Source: the human T2T-CHM13v2.0 reference genome, Homo sapiens. Taken from it: a DNA stretch of 64,000 nucleotides. The notes beneath the pieces are model-generated. The model searched no databases and had not been told where the DNA came from. It was given only the letters and a program-made list of their open reading frames with translations. The DNA is taken from the NCBI RefSeq assembly GCF_009914755.1, contig NC_060933.1. One strand, written 5' to 3'. The position numbers were made by a program, and so were the translations under genes. Below are positions 40,321 through 54,847 of the stretch, one piece after another; positions within the stretch are counted from its first letter, which is position 1, and each line of letters opens with the position of its first letter.

Positions 40321-41170
40321 CACAGAGCACTGACGTAGACATTCTACTTGCTCATTTTTACATATACCAGAAGAAAAGATCTGCAGATCTGTTAAAAATT
40401 GTGCGGTCTCTTTAAGAAGAATCCTCGTCTTCCCAGAAGGTTAGCAATGTCACTCAGCACAGAACACAGAGTGATCGTATCAATATTAATAAGCTCAGTG
40501 AAGTGCCACTGGCTTCAGTGCAATTTTGACACTCTGCAACCTGATTAATAAAATAAAAACTAATTCTAAAAATAATTTACCTCCTGGAGACCTTAAAATG
40601 GATTTTACTAATGAAGGGAAAAAACTAGCATGGATCTTTCCTTTGTGATAGGTGAATCAAACGTTAGGCCATAAATCTAAAATGACATATTCTAAACTGC
40701 CAATATCTTTTTTTGAAAAACATTTTGCTCACTTTTCATCCAGGTTTACAATTTGAGCCATTTTAGCAGCCAGATATTGATGGAAGGATGAGGGTGAGGA
40801 AATAGGTAACGTTAAATGAATTAGGCTTTGTTTTTATTTAGTCCAGTTTGGATTCATTCATAACTTTAGCTTCAAGTTATCTTCCAATTAGCAGATTGCA
40901 GTATGGAAAATTAGAGAATAGCATGTGTATAACAAAAACACGAGATTATTAACACACAGAAAGATGCATTTTTTATACACAAATTCCTTTACATTAGAAT
41001 AAAATCAGAATAACAATTGCTGAATGAACAGATTGTGAGAGAAAGGAAGATATCATTCTTTGGTCCTGTTGGTTAGCAACTGGGCCGGAAAGCAACTCAG
41101 AGGCCCTGTACTGCTTTCAATTCCTCTATTGTTTGAAGGTTGGCCCTGAGGATATTTTTGTGGTGGTTTG

Positions 41171-41250
41171 TATGTGTGTGCATGTGCGTGTGTGGGCACA
41201 AGTGTGTGTGTGTTCATATGTATGTGTGTGTATGTGTGTGAAAGAGAGAG
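41171..41250 (+). repeat. Degenerate (TG)n / (AG)n low-complexity tract
   Basis: Direct reading. Confidence 0.85.
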
Positions 41251-41759
41251 ACTTACAGACATGCAGAAAGAGAAGGATACCATTGGAGCTATCAAATTCA
41301 TACCTATCAGTTAAGCAATCCTAGATTCACTCTTTAGTAAATAAAAAGGCATAACTGGAAACATTGAAGATGGAAACATTAATAACCCTGCATATTTTCA
41401 TCATTTATCTTCCTGAAGGTATGGTGTTAGACCAGATACTTTAAAATATTTTCTTTCTGTTCTATTTTCTGAATTGAAATTATTCCTTAGCCCCCATACC
41501 TTATAATTCTTTCATCTCATGAAGTAAGTCCTATATCATGCTCTAAAAATACACCTTGTCAATGGAATTATAGAATATTGTCTCTGGAAAGCAGTTCGAA
41601 CATAATAGCACTCCCTTTACCTGTTTTCCTAGCTTTTATGCTCAGGAGGGCTAAAATCCAGAGGGGTAAAATTCTCAAGGCCCCAGAATGTTAGTGAAAC
41701 TCCGGAAATAAGAACATAAATCCCTATCTGCCCAGCTTATTGTTTTCTGTTTTGCTTTG

Positions 41760-41761
41760 CT

Positions 41762-41792
<31 letters not shown>
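41760..41792 (+). repeat. (TTTA)8 microsatellite
   Basis: Direct reading. Confidence 0.9.
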
Positions 41793-43766
41793 TGCACCAC
41801 TCTGGCTCTAAGTGAATTCATTCTCGTATACAAGAATATATTCGTTATTGCAATCAAAGGAAGAAGACTAAGTAAAAATATGAGCATGTCTTGTATTTCT
41901 GGAAGACTTTCAAGAGCTTGATTCAATTATTTCATTTATTTAATAAACATTTATTGAGGACCTATTTGCTAGGTACTAGGGATAGAGGAGTGGATAAATC
42001 AGACTCCACTTTCCCCATGTAGAGTTCATTAACAAATACTTATAATTGTTTACATAAACATATATGTAATGAATATAATCTGACCTCATAGTAAGTGAAA
42101 GGCTATGGAACATTTTTGCATGCTAGAAGGTTTTAAATTGTCTCTACTATCCACACCTGACTCTTGAATGTGCATGCTGTGTCCTGGGGTGGGACTCTTA
42201 GATTAGGAAAACCACCATTCTTCCCTCCAACAAACACCAGCCCATTAGCATTAAGAAGGCTGGTACATATCATATATGTGCTTCTTCCTCGCTTTTGTAC
42301 TTCTTCATTATGTCCTTTGTCTCTTTCACTATAATTGAATCTATTTCCCCACACTCCTTGCAGCTTTGTGCTGATCTGATGTCAATGCATGTAAACTGCT
42401 TTCAGCTCCTGGTTGAGGAGTTCACTAATGGAGGCGCTAATACCTGTACAGACTTTGCTTTTCAGAGCCATGAAAAGACTGCCTTCAAGTCCATGATTAA
42501 TTTCCTCTGCAATGAAACCTGTTAGACTCAGTGAGTGCCCCTGCTGCTAAATTAAATTCTGACCCTTCTATGTCCTTGCTGATGACTCTTGGAATGTTTC
42601 AGATTTCTTCAATGAAATCAATAGCTTGAGAATGAAATCACATCACCATGGGCCACCTTTGAAAACTCTATTGAGGGCAGTGCACAGCTTGGACAATCCA
42701 GCCCCTGATGACTATGCCATTTGAAACCTCAGTGCTGAGCTGGCCTTGGCAGCATTCTGCCTGAGTTCTTTATTGAATATGCTTCTCCTTTGATCTGCTT
42801 CTAATTTACCCTGTTCTTTGTGCTGCCTCCTGCTCTACTGGGAATCGATGGATGTTTATTGTGCCACTGGTTGTATCACTAATTGCTTGACTATGAGCCT
42901 CTTGAATGTGGTTGGTTTATTTCTTCTCTACAAAATGCCATTTGCTTTCATATATTAATTTCTCCAGAGCCCTCAGAACTGAGTGGGGGAGCTTAAAAAC
43001 CGTTGGATACCTGGGGAAATTTGAACTACAGTCAGGACAAATATTGGTGACTGGGTTCCCCACTGAAGGCTTCTGAGAGAGGCAGCTGAGCCATCCCTAG
43101 GAAAAAGAAGGAGGGTTTGTTCTAATTCTCCTGCAGACTATGAAATTTGACTCGCTTTGATGTTCCTCTGCTAGACATGCAGAAAATCATGGTCTCTTCT
43201 TGTTGTCCTTTCCTTACCAATGGCTTCTAATCACATTTGTCCCAGATTATTTCCAGAACTCTTGAAAGCTTCCTGAAACAGATGTTTGTTTTGTAGCCCT
43301 TGTGCTATTCCTGTGTACCCAGTGATCATCTATAATAATGGATGTCAGTTCATTTATGAATTAATCACATCAGATTGAGGAATATGCTTAGATAAAATCG
43401 GATGGCTTCCACATTTCCCTGATGAAATATTCATGACATGATGGTTTCACCTTTATAAATCATGGTTACTCTATTGACTTTTTTTCTTTCACATTTTCCA
43501 AATGAGCTCATAAATTTTTTGAAATGTGGATCAGAGAAAACAACATGAATGAATAGATGAATGTACTTTTCAATTACATGCATTTCTGGTTTTATTGCTG
43601 CCTTCAGCTTAAATTAGAAGAATGAGATACCACATAGCAAGGGGATCTTCCAAACCTAGTAAATGTAGAGGCTGATTTCTTACTATAAAAATTATAAATC
43701 ATGATGGTTTAATTTAAACTGAAAGATTAAATTGAAAAAAATTGGTTACTTGGGTCTTGACAATAA

Positions 43767-44102
<336 letters not shown>

Positions 44103-44204
44103 CATATGCATTCTTAATTATTGGCATGCATGTTTATTTGAATTTCTTTTTAATCCTTGGAAGTGACATATGTGAAATGAGTGGGGAAGGAAAATGTTTC
44201 AACT

Positions 44205-44640
44205 ATATGTTGCTGCATAACAAGCCACTCCAAAACATAACGGCTAAAGCCACAAAAATTTACTATTGATTTTGTGAGTTGAATAGGTTCAGCCACGTGG
44301 TTCTTCTGCTCAACATGGGATCACCTAGAGTGACTTACTAGTATTCGTTCACAGGTATGGTCCTTGGTGCTTCTGCATCTGGTCTGTCCATGTGCTACTC
44401 ACAGCAAGGTGATCTCTTACATAGTGGCCTGGACCTTTACATGGTGCCTGGCTTCCAGGAAAAAGGAAGCATGTTCTGTCAGTCTTCTTAAGGTCTGGCC
44501 TCAGGAGTCCCAAATATTACTTTTGCCACACTCTTTCAGTCACACAAGTCAGCTTTCCCATCTAGATTCAAGAGGCAGGGGAAATATTACTCTTCATAGA
44601 TACAGTAAAATGCGTGAACATAGGAGTAAAAATTGCAAGC
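44205..44640 (-). mobile_element. MaLR solo LTR, MLT1-type
   Basis: 'tgttgctgcataacaagccactccaaaacataacggctaaa...cttacatagtggc...attacttttgccacactctttcagtcacacaagtca'. Confidence 0.6.
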
Positions 44641-45814
44641 TATAAAAATGCTTTGCCAGAAAACTGTCTTCTTCCAAGAAGAGAGGACCTTGACACGTGA
44701 TTGAAGTGAAATTGAGGTGTGTGGTGACCAAAGCACATTGATATCTATGTGTTTTCCCCTACAGTTGCCCAAAACTCTTGTTTGTTCCTTTTCCCCATCA
44801 CGTCCCCATCAATAATCATCTTAGGAACTTGTTCTCACTACAGTGTAAATGACTGATAAGAATGAGTATGTTCTCTCCAGAATCATTTGCATTTTAACAA
44901 AAAACCAATACTTACAATGTGAATGCATTTCTTTTGTGTTTGGGTATCATTAAGCAAGTTGCAGAAGTAAACTTATGCGTTGGGGTTTATGACTTTCAGA
45001 AGATAAATCCAGTATATTTCTAGGTCATTTTGCTGTGTCTTACCACCACTGTTCTTTGTTAAGTTCTCAGAGAATGCAAAGTAATGGCATTGACATGAGA
45101 AAAATATAATTAGAAAAGCAATCTTTCAGCGGGGGAAAAAAAAAGATAATTCCATCCAAAATGAAGAACTGTAGCATGTAGAGAATCTGGGCGCTATCCA
45201 TTGTTTTAGAAAATCCGAGCCATGGCTCCTTATCATTAGCCCTGATATTGGAAGAAAGTAATTTTAGGTTTTTTTGACCTCCAAAGTAACTGAACTCTGC
45301 GCTACCAAACAATGCTGTTTAGAGTTTTCAGGACTTAATAATATAGTGGTTTGAAATAAATTACAAAGAAGGAGTTGCATATATTATTCCACATATTACT
45401 TATTTTTGTTTGTAGATGACATTCTTTGATATTTTGGATGAGGAAAGGAATAGAAAAAGTCAGGCATCATGAATAAATCAACAGTGAGAGATGATTGAAT
45501 TGTGTGCTGTCATCTCTGTCTTTCTGGCCTTGATAAGCACAGTATGTGGCTGCTATTACCTTGTCATGGAACCGGCTAAACTAAGCACCAGTGAGTGGCA
45601 AAAGTAGAAGAATGAGATGATGGGATGATGGTCCACCCACAGTAGCCATACTGACCCTGGTTGGCAAATCAGAAAGCCCCAGACATGAATTTTGGTTCTG
45701 GGAAAATGTGCATGGATGTGAGGGAAGACTGGAAGGATCACTGACATAACAAAAGCACCAGCAGTGGTAAATATGTTGTTATTCTTGCAAGAATTTGTGA
45801 TTTTTTTCTTCTTT

Positions 45815-46012
45815 CCTGAAAGTAAGTCTATGTCAGGCATTGTGTTAGGCAATTCACATAGATTACTTCACCTAATCTTCATGACAACTCAGTGAGGTAA
45901 ATATTATTGCAATACTTATATTATAAACAATGACTCTAAAATAAGCCTGAATAAGCAAAATAATTTGCCCAAGGTACACAAATAAGAAGTAGCAAAGGTG
46001 AGATTTGACTTG
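45815..46012 (-). mobile_element. MIR SINE
   Basis: 'ctatgtcaggcattgtgttaggc...taatcttcatgacaactcagtgaggta...taatttgcccaaggtacaca'. Confidence 0.7.
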
Positions 46013-46045
46013 AGCATAACAAATCAAATTTCAAAACCAAAAATC

Positions 46046-46480
46046 ATTTTTAGGTATAATTTATATGCAGTAAAAGTCATCCTTTTTGGTGCACAGTTCT
46101 GAGCTTTAACACACATATACAATCATGTGACCACCACCATGCGGAAGATATAGAACAATTTCATCACCTCCCCAAATTCCCTCATGCTCCTTTGCTTGAT
46201 TGTCAAAGTCTGTCTCCGTCATCAGACCTAGCAATCACTGACCTGTCCCCTTTCTTTATAATTTCGCTTTTCCAAAATTTCATATAAATGAAGTCAACAG
46301 CATTTGGCCTTTTGAGACTGGCTCCTTTCACTTAACATTCTTCACAGAGATTCATTGATGTTATTGTAGGCATCGGTAGTTCATGTCTTTTTATTGCCAA
46401 GTACTACTTTATTCTATGGATGTACTATAGCATGTTTATCCATTCATAGATAGGAACACATTTGGGTTGTTTCCAGTGTT
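46046..46480 (-). mobile_element. Old L1 (L1MB/ME-type) 3' UTR
   Basis: 'aggtataatttatatgcagtaaaag...accaccaccatgcggaagatatagaacaatttcatcacc...catttgggttgtttccag'. Confidence 0.7.
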
Positions 46481-46700
46481 TTTGATCCCAATATTTTAAC
46501 CATGATAAAATCCTGCTATCACTCAGTCAGAAATTTTTTCTAATTAACATAGCCAGTGTTCCCAATTATATTTTGGTTTTAGTGTTCTCTTTTGGGTTCC
46601 CTGAGATCTTTTGCCTAGAGCTAGAAAGAAGCACCAAATCTTCTCTGGCTCAACATAGTTCCATAGAGTCAGGTTTTCTCTCATGAGACAATGCCATTAG

Positions 46701-47001
<301 letters not shown>

Positions 47002-47619
47002 TAGATCTTTATTATAACAATCATTCGGTACCCATCACCTAGTAAGTGCTTAAAAGCGTGTGGAATGAATGAATAAAATAATGAATATTATATTTATTAT
47101 CCAAATTAATCTTCCGGCACAGGAGGTAGAGAGGAAAGTAGTAAAATCAGGATTTGTAATTCAGTCTTGGATAGAAACCTATAGAGCTTAATAAATGGTA
47201 CATGCTGTACTGAGAAACATTATTATCAAATTCTAGAAGTCCAGAGTTAATTTTCTTACTCTGTGCCAACACCATTATTTGAAAAGTGAAAAAAGAAAAT
47301 GTGATGATTGTTGATCTGATTTCACAACTTCAAATAACTACCTTGCCTGCACCTTTTCTCAGTTTTAAACTTTTTTCTGATGTAACTAACTGGTAATTTA
47401 ATTGAATTGACCAAATTAGCCATTGCTTTTTAGAATAACTGATGTTTTTCTAAAAATTTGTTTTCTTATGGTAACAAAGCTTCAGGATAGTCCTATTCAA
47501 ACAAATTGAATTCAGGTTTAAAAAATCCTCTTGCTTTTAATAAGGTAATTTTCTTACTGAATTCAATCCATTGCAATAGTTATCATAATGCTTTTGATTA
47601 AATTCAACTGTGTGGTATA

Positions 47620-47830
47620 GTATTCTTTGCTATACAAAGGTCTCAGAGTCAGAAAAAAATGATTCCATTCTGTGTTCTGTCACTTATGAGTGGTGCGACT
47701 TTTGATTAGTTGCAGAACCTCTCTGAGCTTTGTTTCTTTATCAGTCAGATGAAGATAATAAGTTCGGTGCTCTCTGTTTTCGGATATTGTGAGGGTTAAA
47801 GGAGATCATGTATATGAACACCCTTTGCAT
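47620..47830 (+). mobile_element. MIR SINE
   Basis: 'ctgtcacttatgagtggtgcgactttt...aacctctctgagctttgtttcttta...ttgtgagggttaaaggagatcatgtat'. Confidence 0.65.
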
Positions 47831-48412
47831 TCTGTGCAACGAGTGTGTTACTGATGTCCAGGGCCACCCAGGTACAAGTGCTACAGTTTTCCTTGCATAC
47901 AACCTCTTCCAGCCACGAAGTCCACCCACAAGCTATTATTCAGGGATTGTAAGTGTACCAGGCTATTTAAAATAAGCAAAGTTTTCTCAAAACTCAGTTG
48001 ACACAGAGCTTAATAAAGTCTTGGACATGGAGGAACTTTTTCCTCATGACCTGGAAGAAGGCCCTCACCTCAGTGACCACACAAAGTGCTGCACAGGTAA
48101 TGAGTGAGACTATCTGGACGGTGATAAGTTCTGCAGACATTAGAGGGGCTTACATTTTTGGGCTGAGTTTCCAGTCAGTTTTCTGCACAGGCCACACTGG
48201 GGGCTGAACCAGGTAGACCTTACTTCTCACCAAATATCTCACCCTTACCCCTATCAGGCCAGATTCCACTGAAGCTCATGCTCCATCCTCCTTATTTGCC
48301 AGCCCAGGTTACCCAGCTTTAGGCCCTAAATCCATGGGTGGGTGGTCTGTGTGTCTTTCCATAATTAGACCTTCACTTTCATTTTAAAAAATATGTTTTG
48401 AAACAACCTGGA

Positions 48413-48795
48413 TGATATGATTTGGCTCTGTGTCCCCACCCAAATCTTATCTTGAATTGTAGTTCCTACAATCCCCACATGTCATGGGAGGGACCTGATA
48501 GGAGATAACCAAATCATGGGGGCAGTTACCCTTGTGCTATTCTTGTGATAGTGAGTGAGTTCTCACAAGATCTGATGGTTTTATAAGGGGCTTTTCCCTC
48601 CTTTGCTGAGAACTTCTTGCTACCACCATGGGAAGAAGGATGTGTTTGCTTCCCCTTCTGCCGTGAGTGGAAGTTTCCTGAGGCCTCCCCAAACCTGAGG
48701 AGCTGCGAGTCAATTAAACCTCTTTCCTTTATAAATTACCCAGTCTCAGGTATTTTATAATGTCTTTATTAGCAGTGTGAGAACTGACTAATACA
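48413..48795 (+). mobile_element. THE1 (C/D-like) MaLR solo LTR
   Basis: 'tgatatgatttggctctgtgtccccacccaaatc...gactaataca'; perfect 5-bp TSD 'ctgga' (48408-48412, 48796-48800). Confidence 0.93.
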
Positions 48796-49339
48796 CTGGA
48801 TGAGGAAAAAAGTCCCATAAAATGTCTTCCTAACTGATGAGGAAAAAAGTCCTATAAAATGTCATAGAAAAAAAGAGAAGCATAAAGCTGCAGATGTCAA
48901 GACCTTATCCTTCCGGAAGGGTAAAGTTCTAGACTAATAAAAATACACCTTATTGCATATGTCTTCTCCATCTTTGAAAGCTGGGTTCCTGAAAACTCTC
49001 ATGATAGGGGAATTACAGGTGATAAATTAGAGAACTTATGAGAAAAATAAGGCAAAGGGGACTGAGGTGGTAGGCGAAGCCATGGAAGCCTTTGAAAATA
49101 TTTTAACCTTGATTAAATCATACATATAAAATAAAGAATCGTGCAGTAATATTTTACACATCTAAAATTAATAAAATTGAGACTCCAACTATTTTTCTGC
49201 TTTGATTTTTGTTCACTTGTAACTTTACAGGATCTTCCCTCCACAACAGGTTCTATGAGTTGCTTATAAATTTGTGTTGCTTGGTTGCAGATAGTATGCA
49301 TCCTGTGGCATATGGTAGATATTGATTCATTCAACTCTG

Positions 49340-49893
49340 TTCTAATCCCCTTGTGTTATGCCTTATTGCACGGCTGCTTTATAGCTTGGATTTTGCAAGT
49401 ATTTGGTTCCTACCAAGCAGATGCATTTATTTAAGAACTGGCAGGCAAAAGTGAGATGGGAGACTTTTGCTAGTGGGCCTAGCCATGGAAGCAGTCGGCT
49501 TTTCAGCAACAGCAGAAGCAGGGGCCTAGTAACCAGTCTACTATCTTGTGGGTATTGAGAGTTTAGAGGAATATTCATTTTGTTGAGATGGCTTGTGGCT
49601 GTGGTGGTGTGTTTCTGGTGCCAGTTGTTTTAGCAGCTGCAGCTTTTTGATCCTCATATGGTGGTAGAAGGAGTGTGGTCCAGAGTCCAGAATTAAGCCA
49701 GTGGCTTCCTAGTCATCCCTCACTTTCCTTATTGTGGCTGAGGCAGCCACTTCTTTGTGGGTCAGTTCTGCAGTGTTGCTTTTAGATTTACTCTTGGAAG
49801 TTCTGCCTAGAGCTTACTCCTCCAGATCTTCCATATTGTTTAAAGCAACTAATTCCGTGAAGTAAACCTTATCTGGAATTGAACTCTGATACG
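49340..49893 (+). mobile_element. ERVL solo LTR, LTR41-like
   Basis: 'cagttctgcagtgttgc...ggaagttctgcctagagcttactcctccagatcttcca...aagcaactaattcc' resembles recalled LTR41 3' part. Confidence 0.5.
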
Positions 49894-50529
49894 CACATAT
49901 ACTAAAATATATTGGTGTCATTTTTTCTCCAGTTTTGATACCTTTCTAATTTATGATTTGAAATTGACTTTCTGCTCTGTAGTTCTGTAACCCATCCCAA
50001 GGGCACAAAGTAACTTATGCACCTAAGATGTAAAGAGATTGATGCCATCTTTATTTAATATGTTTACTTTTATTTCTCAGATGCTGTCCTCATGGACAGG
50101 GTTACTTATAGTATCTGCCCTGTTCCTTATAACTTCAAGCCAGAACACACTGAAACTTTGCTGAATTGGGCTAATTGTCCATCTACCTTTTCTTTATAAG
50201 GTCCAGTCCCCACTATAAAAGCAGGCAGCTGGAATGAGTTCTAAATGCAAAATCATTCTCAATGCTTTCATATTTTCCAAGTCTGTATTACAGAAACCTC
50301 ACCTTCTACTTTGTCATGCTCTTTTCCTTCTAGTCATCCCCAAATTGAGTGGTTTGAGATTAGAAGATAAGCAAAGCTAAATTGTTACAAATCTGAGAAA
50401 GCTACAAAGTAAATTTATGTGTATACTAAAATGTGGTATGAGTAGCAATCTTGTATGGAGAAGAATTATTACCCTTATACTTAGATTTTTGATTGAAGTA
50501 ATTGGAATACATTTATCTTCATTATTTTA

Positions 50530-50672
50530 AAATTTATTTTCAATTGGCAAGACAAATAAAAATTGTATTTATTATATAAAGCATGATGTTTTGAAATACG
50601 TATACATTGTGGAATGGACAAATCAAGCAATTTAACATCTTAATTACCTCACATACTTACTTTTTGTGGTGC
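50530..50672 (-). mobile_element. L1MA-type 3' terminal fragment
   Basis: 'catgatgttttgaaatacgtatacattgtggaatggacaaatcaagc...attacctcacatacttactttttgtggtg'. Confidence 0.7.
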
Positions 50673-50979
50673 ACATTTGTCTTTATCATACAGAGAAAAG
50701 ATCACAGAAGCACCTGTGAAAATAATTTTTTTAATTTGAATTTATCTCAAATCTCTGTATTGACTTAACTCCTGAAAATATAACATATCCATTTTATTTT
50801 ATATTTTCTTAAATTTTTCCCAATTTTAGCTGGAAAAAAAATTGAAGATATATTTTCCTTCATTTTTTCCTTCAATATCTTTTCATATTATTGATAAAAT
50901 AAAATCATTATAATATGTTTATGCTTTTACAAAATTCATCTGCCTATATTGTTTGATTTTAAAAAGATGCAACATGAAC

Positions 50980-51135
50980 AAGGAAGAGGAGGGTAAGAGA
51001 GAAAAAGAAGTGGAAGTGGGAGGGGAGAAAGAAGGGAAGGAGGAGAAGGAAAGGAAGAAAGGAAGAAGAAGGAGAAGGAGAAAGAGGAGGAAAAATAGAA
51101 GTAAAAGAAGAAGAAGAACCAGAGGAGAAAGAAAA
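50980..51135 (+). repeat. Polypurine (GA-rich) low-complexity tract
   Basis: ~150 nt almost exclusively A/G. Confidence 0.9.
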
Positions 51136-52039
51136 CAATGACACAAAGACCTTTTTTTGGAGAGAGAGTAAATAATACTTGGAAGCAATGAAATCACAAG
51201 TTGTCAGCTAAAAACTAGTGAAAACATTACTCCCACAGTCATTGCCCCTGAGAACACACTCTATGTCTGGTGTTTAATAGTCTGGCATTTTAAGTGGTAC
51301 ATTGAAGCCTATAAAATATATTTGAAAGTTTGCTTTGGATTAACTTTTCGTTTTTCTATATCTGGAATTGGAAAAGAGAAAAAAGGAGAATGAGTTGGCT
51401 GGAAAAACAGTATGAGCAAAAGTTGAAACAAATACAGGCAAAGCAAAGCTTTTCCTCAGAGAAAACTTGGTCTGTCTTCAGTCACTAGTTCCTATATGCT
51501 AAGCCCATCACAAAGCATGTGTGTAAGTTGACTGCACTAGTTAGGGAGTTGTCTTCATTGTTGAAAGCCTTGTCTTGCCCTTGAGTCTCACTGATTAGTA
51601 CATCAAATGACACCAAGATGCCTCAGATAACTGAGGTAAGAGTATCTTGCCCATGCCTCTTACATTCTTATCTCTTAGAAGTGCTGAGGGAATTTTAGAG
51701 AATGATATTTGCAAAGTATTTTAGGCTTTTTAGAAGAAAGTTCGAATCTCTCTAGTAATAAAAACATCACTGTAATAAATCCCAGACATGACACAGGTAT
51801 AAAAGTTTCAACTTCCACCAGAATTCAGATTTCAGTGTATTTTAGATCCACCAGATAAAGAAAATACCAGCCCTAGGGTCAACAACCAAATCAAGACAAA
51901 TGGAAAATATAGCCAAAAATAGGATATTATTTAAAATGAGGACAAAATATTTTAAAGTTATAAGGATTAAAGAGAAAAGAAACTCTGTGTGGAAATAAAA
52001 ATGTACTTTTATTTTTTAAAAACAAAGGTATTGATTAAA

Positions 52040-53320
52040 AGGAGAAATTGCATACCCCTGAATAGGACAACCTGATGTCAGATATTCAAATGAATCTGTA
52101 AGTTACATATAATTCCAAACAAATTAAGCTTGATATTTTTTGAGCAATCTAATAAAGTCTTCTAAATGTGTATGAAAGGGAGAACAGTTGGCAAAGGGGA
52201 AATATGACCTATCAATTGCTGAAATATGTTATGAAATATTAGTAGTAAAAATCATTCATGCCCTAGTATAAGGACAGACAGATATCTGGAACAGAATAAG
52301 AGCTTAGTGATAAAATCACATTTATATATAGAGAAATATGACACATATTTTCATGGCATCACAAACCCATGGGGAAAGATGGACTTTTCAGAAAACTGTC
52401 TCCCCAACTCCCTCACTTATTCAGGATTAAGATCTAAATGTGAAAGATAATATAAATATTATAGAAGATAATGTAGGATGATGTTAAAAGCAAAATAAAT
52501 TATTTTATGTTATTAAAATGAAAGATGTTTGTTCAATGAAGGATATTAGAGACAAAATTAACATACAAGTAACCAATTTGGAGAAGCTATTTGTAATGTC
52601 AAAAGTTTACAAGAAACTTACATATGCCATATACAAAAAACTAAAAGTTAACAAGAGAAAAATAAGAACCAAATAGACAAATGTGCAAAAGATATAAACA
52701 GGTCATTCACAAGAGAGAAAGGCTAGCAAGTAAAAGAAGGGATAATTAAATTCTTCAGTAATTAGATTTACTAAGTTTTCTATTCCAGACAATGGTAAGC
52801 ATTGGTGGGGCTGCGCGAGTACGAAACCATCGTTTACTGTTGGTGGGCTACAGCCTGAGGAAGTCCTCCTGGAAACTTCTCTAGCCAAAATGAATCAAAT
52901 GCCATGAAGTATGCCTTAGGAACTAACAACCTACCTCCTAGATATATATCAAAGAGGAAAAGCAGACAAATGTATACAAAGAATTTTAAATGCAGCATAT
53001 TTTTAGATAGTGGGGAGTTGGAGGCAATTGAGTTATCCAGTTGGAGGACTGGATAAGTCAATATGGTAGATTCACCCTTTGGAATATTATGGAGCACTTA
53101 GAAGCAACCAACTAAATTATATACAGCGACATACATCTTAAAAATCAGTGCTGAATCAAGGAAATAAAAATAAGATTTAGAACATACTTACATTTGTGTA
53201 TGCATTTAAATGCATATAGTTTATATTTTATAAGAATATATATAAATGAAAGAATACAATATCAAACATGCTAGAATGGCTGCCCGTTTGTTGATGAGGT
53301 AGGAGATGGGAGCAAGGATT
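52040..53320 (+). mobile_element. Ancient L1ME-type ORF2 end / 3' UTR
   Basis: 'tgaataggacaacctgatgtcagatattc', 'aaatagacaaatgtgcaaaagatataaacaggtcattcacaagagag', 'ggactggataagtcaatatggtagattcac'. Confidence 0.6.
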
Positions 53321-54847
53321 TGGGAACAAGAAATGAAGGAAAGAAGGGAGGGAAGAAAACGGAGGGAGACAGGGAAAAACAGCCAGGGACCTTGCACGGA
53401 CGAGGATGACCATATGCATGATTTCTTCAACTCTCTCTAGGAAAGTCCAGATCAACACAATGCAAAAAAAAAAAAAAAAAAAAAAAAACAGCCCTCAAGA
53501 CATGCCAAGATCTTGGGTATTGGCTTTTGCTCCTTCCCTTAGGCTATTCTTAGCCATTTTCCCCTAAGTTTACTCCAATCTTCCAGAAGCTCCAACAGCT
53601 CAACCAACCTTCTAACTGATGACAGGGAGGAAGGGACCTTACATTTCACAGATGCTCTCCTTTAATCCTGCCTTTGCAAAAACGGTTCTCCGGGCCATTT
53701 CTTATCCACCCTCCTCCTTTATTTAGGGAAGGAATGAGTCAGATAGAGCAGAAGGGTGCAGCAAACTGGATGCTTTAAACTATGTGTGTTTTCCCCTGGC
53801 AAAGTGGTCATGGAGCCAGCCCTGGCTGATCCCAGAGGGAGCATGGTTCTGGGGGAGGAAAGCACTTTGATGCCCCATATTCTGCCATAATAAACACTTC
53901 ACATCACCCTTTTATGTTGGTTATGATGAAAAACAGTATACCCTTGTAGAAACAAAGGGAAATGTTGCCACTTTGAGGGTCATCCAAAATGCTGTTTGGA
54001 AAGTAAACTTCACAAGCACATTCTCAGATGAGGTTTATTTACAGCTCTGGAGCTATCAATAACAAAGACAATTAAATTAGCTAGGTCAAAAGCCCATTTG
54101 AACTGAAGAACTCTACTATCAAATTAAAGTTTGTGGAGAGCGTCCCACACCAGCCATTCTCACATGAAATTGATGGAGAGGCTTTTGGGGTTTGTTAAAA
54201 TTCAAAAAGGATGAATAGCTTTCATGTTGCATAATATTACTGAGAAAGAGTGCAAAGAGTTTAGAATACTTCTCCCATGTAAACGAGGATAGGTTTCATT
54301 GTTTTATTTTAGATATTGTGTTTTTTACAGAATCAATAGAAAAGTACTTGGGAGTAAGGGAGGTAACTGTACTCAGAGAAGCATATCTGACTGTTCCATG
54401 ATGGTATGTAATTTGCTCCATCAAAGCCAGAACAGTCAATAAGTCAAGATGTGACTTTAGCTGCGTCTCAGAATAAACACTGGGTTTCTTCATTAACTGA
54501 TCAAATACAGAGTTCAAATGGAACAGCAGTGTTCTTTTGTGTGGGGAAAAATAATGGATTGCAACAATATTTCAGGGTTTTGGAGGATACCCTAAGCACA
54601 GAGGTTAGCAAGACATTTTCTTTGTCAACCTCAGATCACACTGGCGTGATCACAATGGAGCCTGCATTTTATTAGGCTTCCTTTCTGACTCAAAAAAAAA
54701 AAAAAAAAAAAAAAAAGAAAAGAAAGAAAGAAAGAAAATGTGTCCCATGGGCCCGGTAGCCCTCAATGTAGCTTAAAAAGTGCATTCTAGCCAGGAGTTC
54801 TGCTTCTCTGAGGTTGGTGGTCTGGCACCCTTCCCACAGATTTTTTT

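Noticed and set aside
40377-40390. 14-bp perfect palindrome agatctgcagatct
   Set aside because: 7-bp arms are expected several times by chance in 64 kb.
50919-51197. Arg/Lys/Glu-rich or Leu/Ser-rich ORFs
   Set aside because: These are translations of a GA-rich low-complexity tract.
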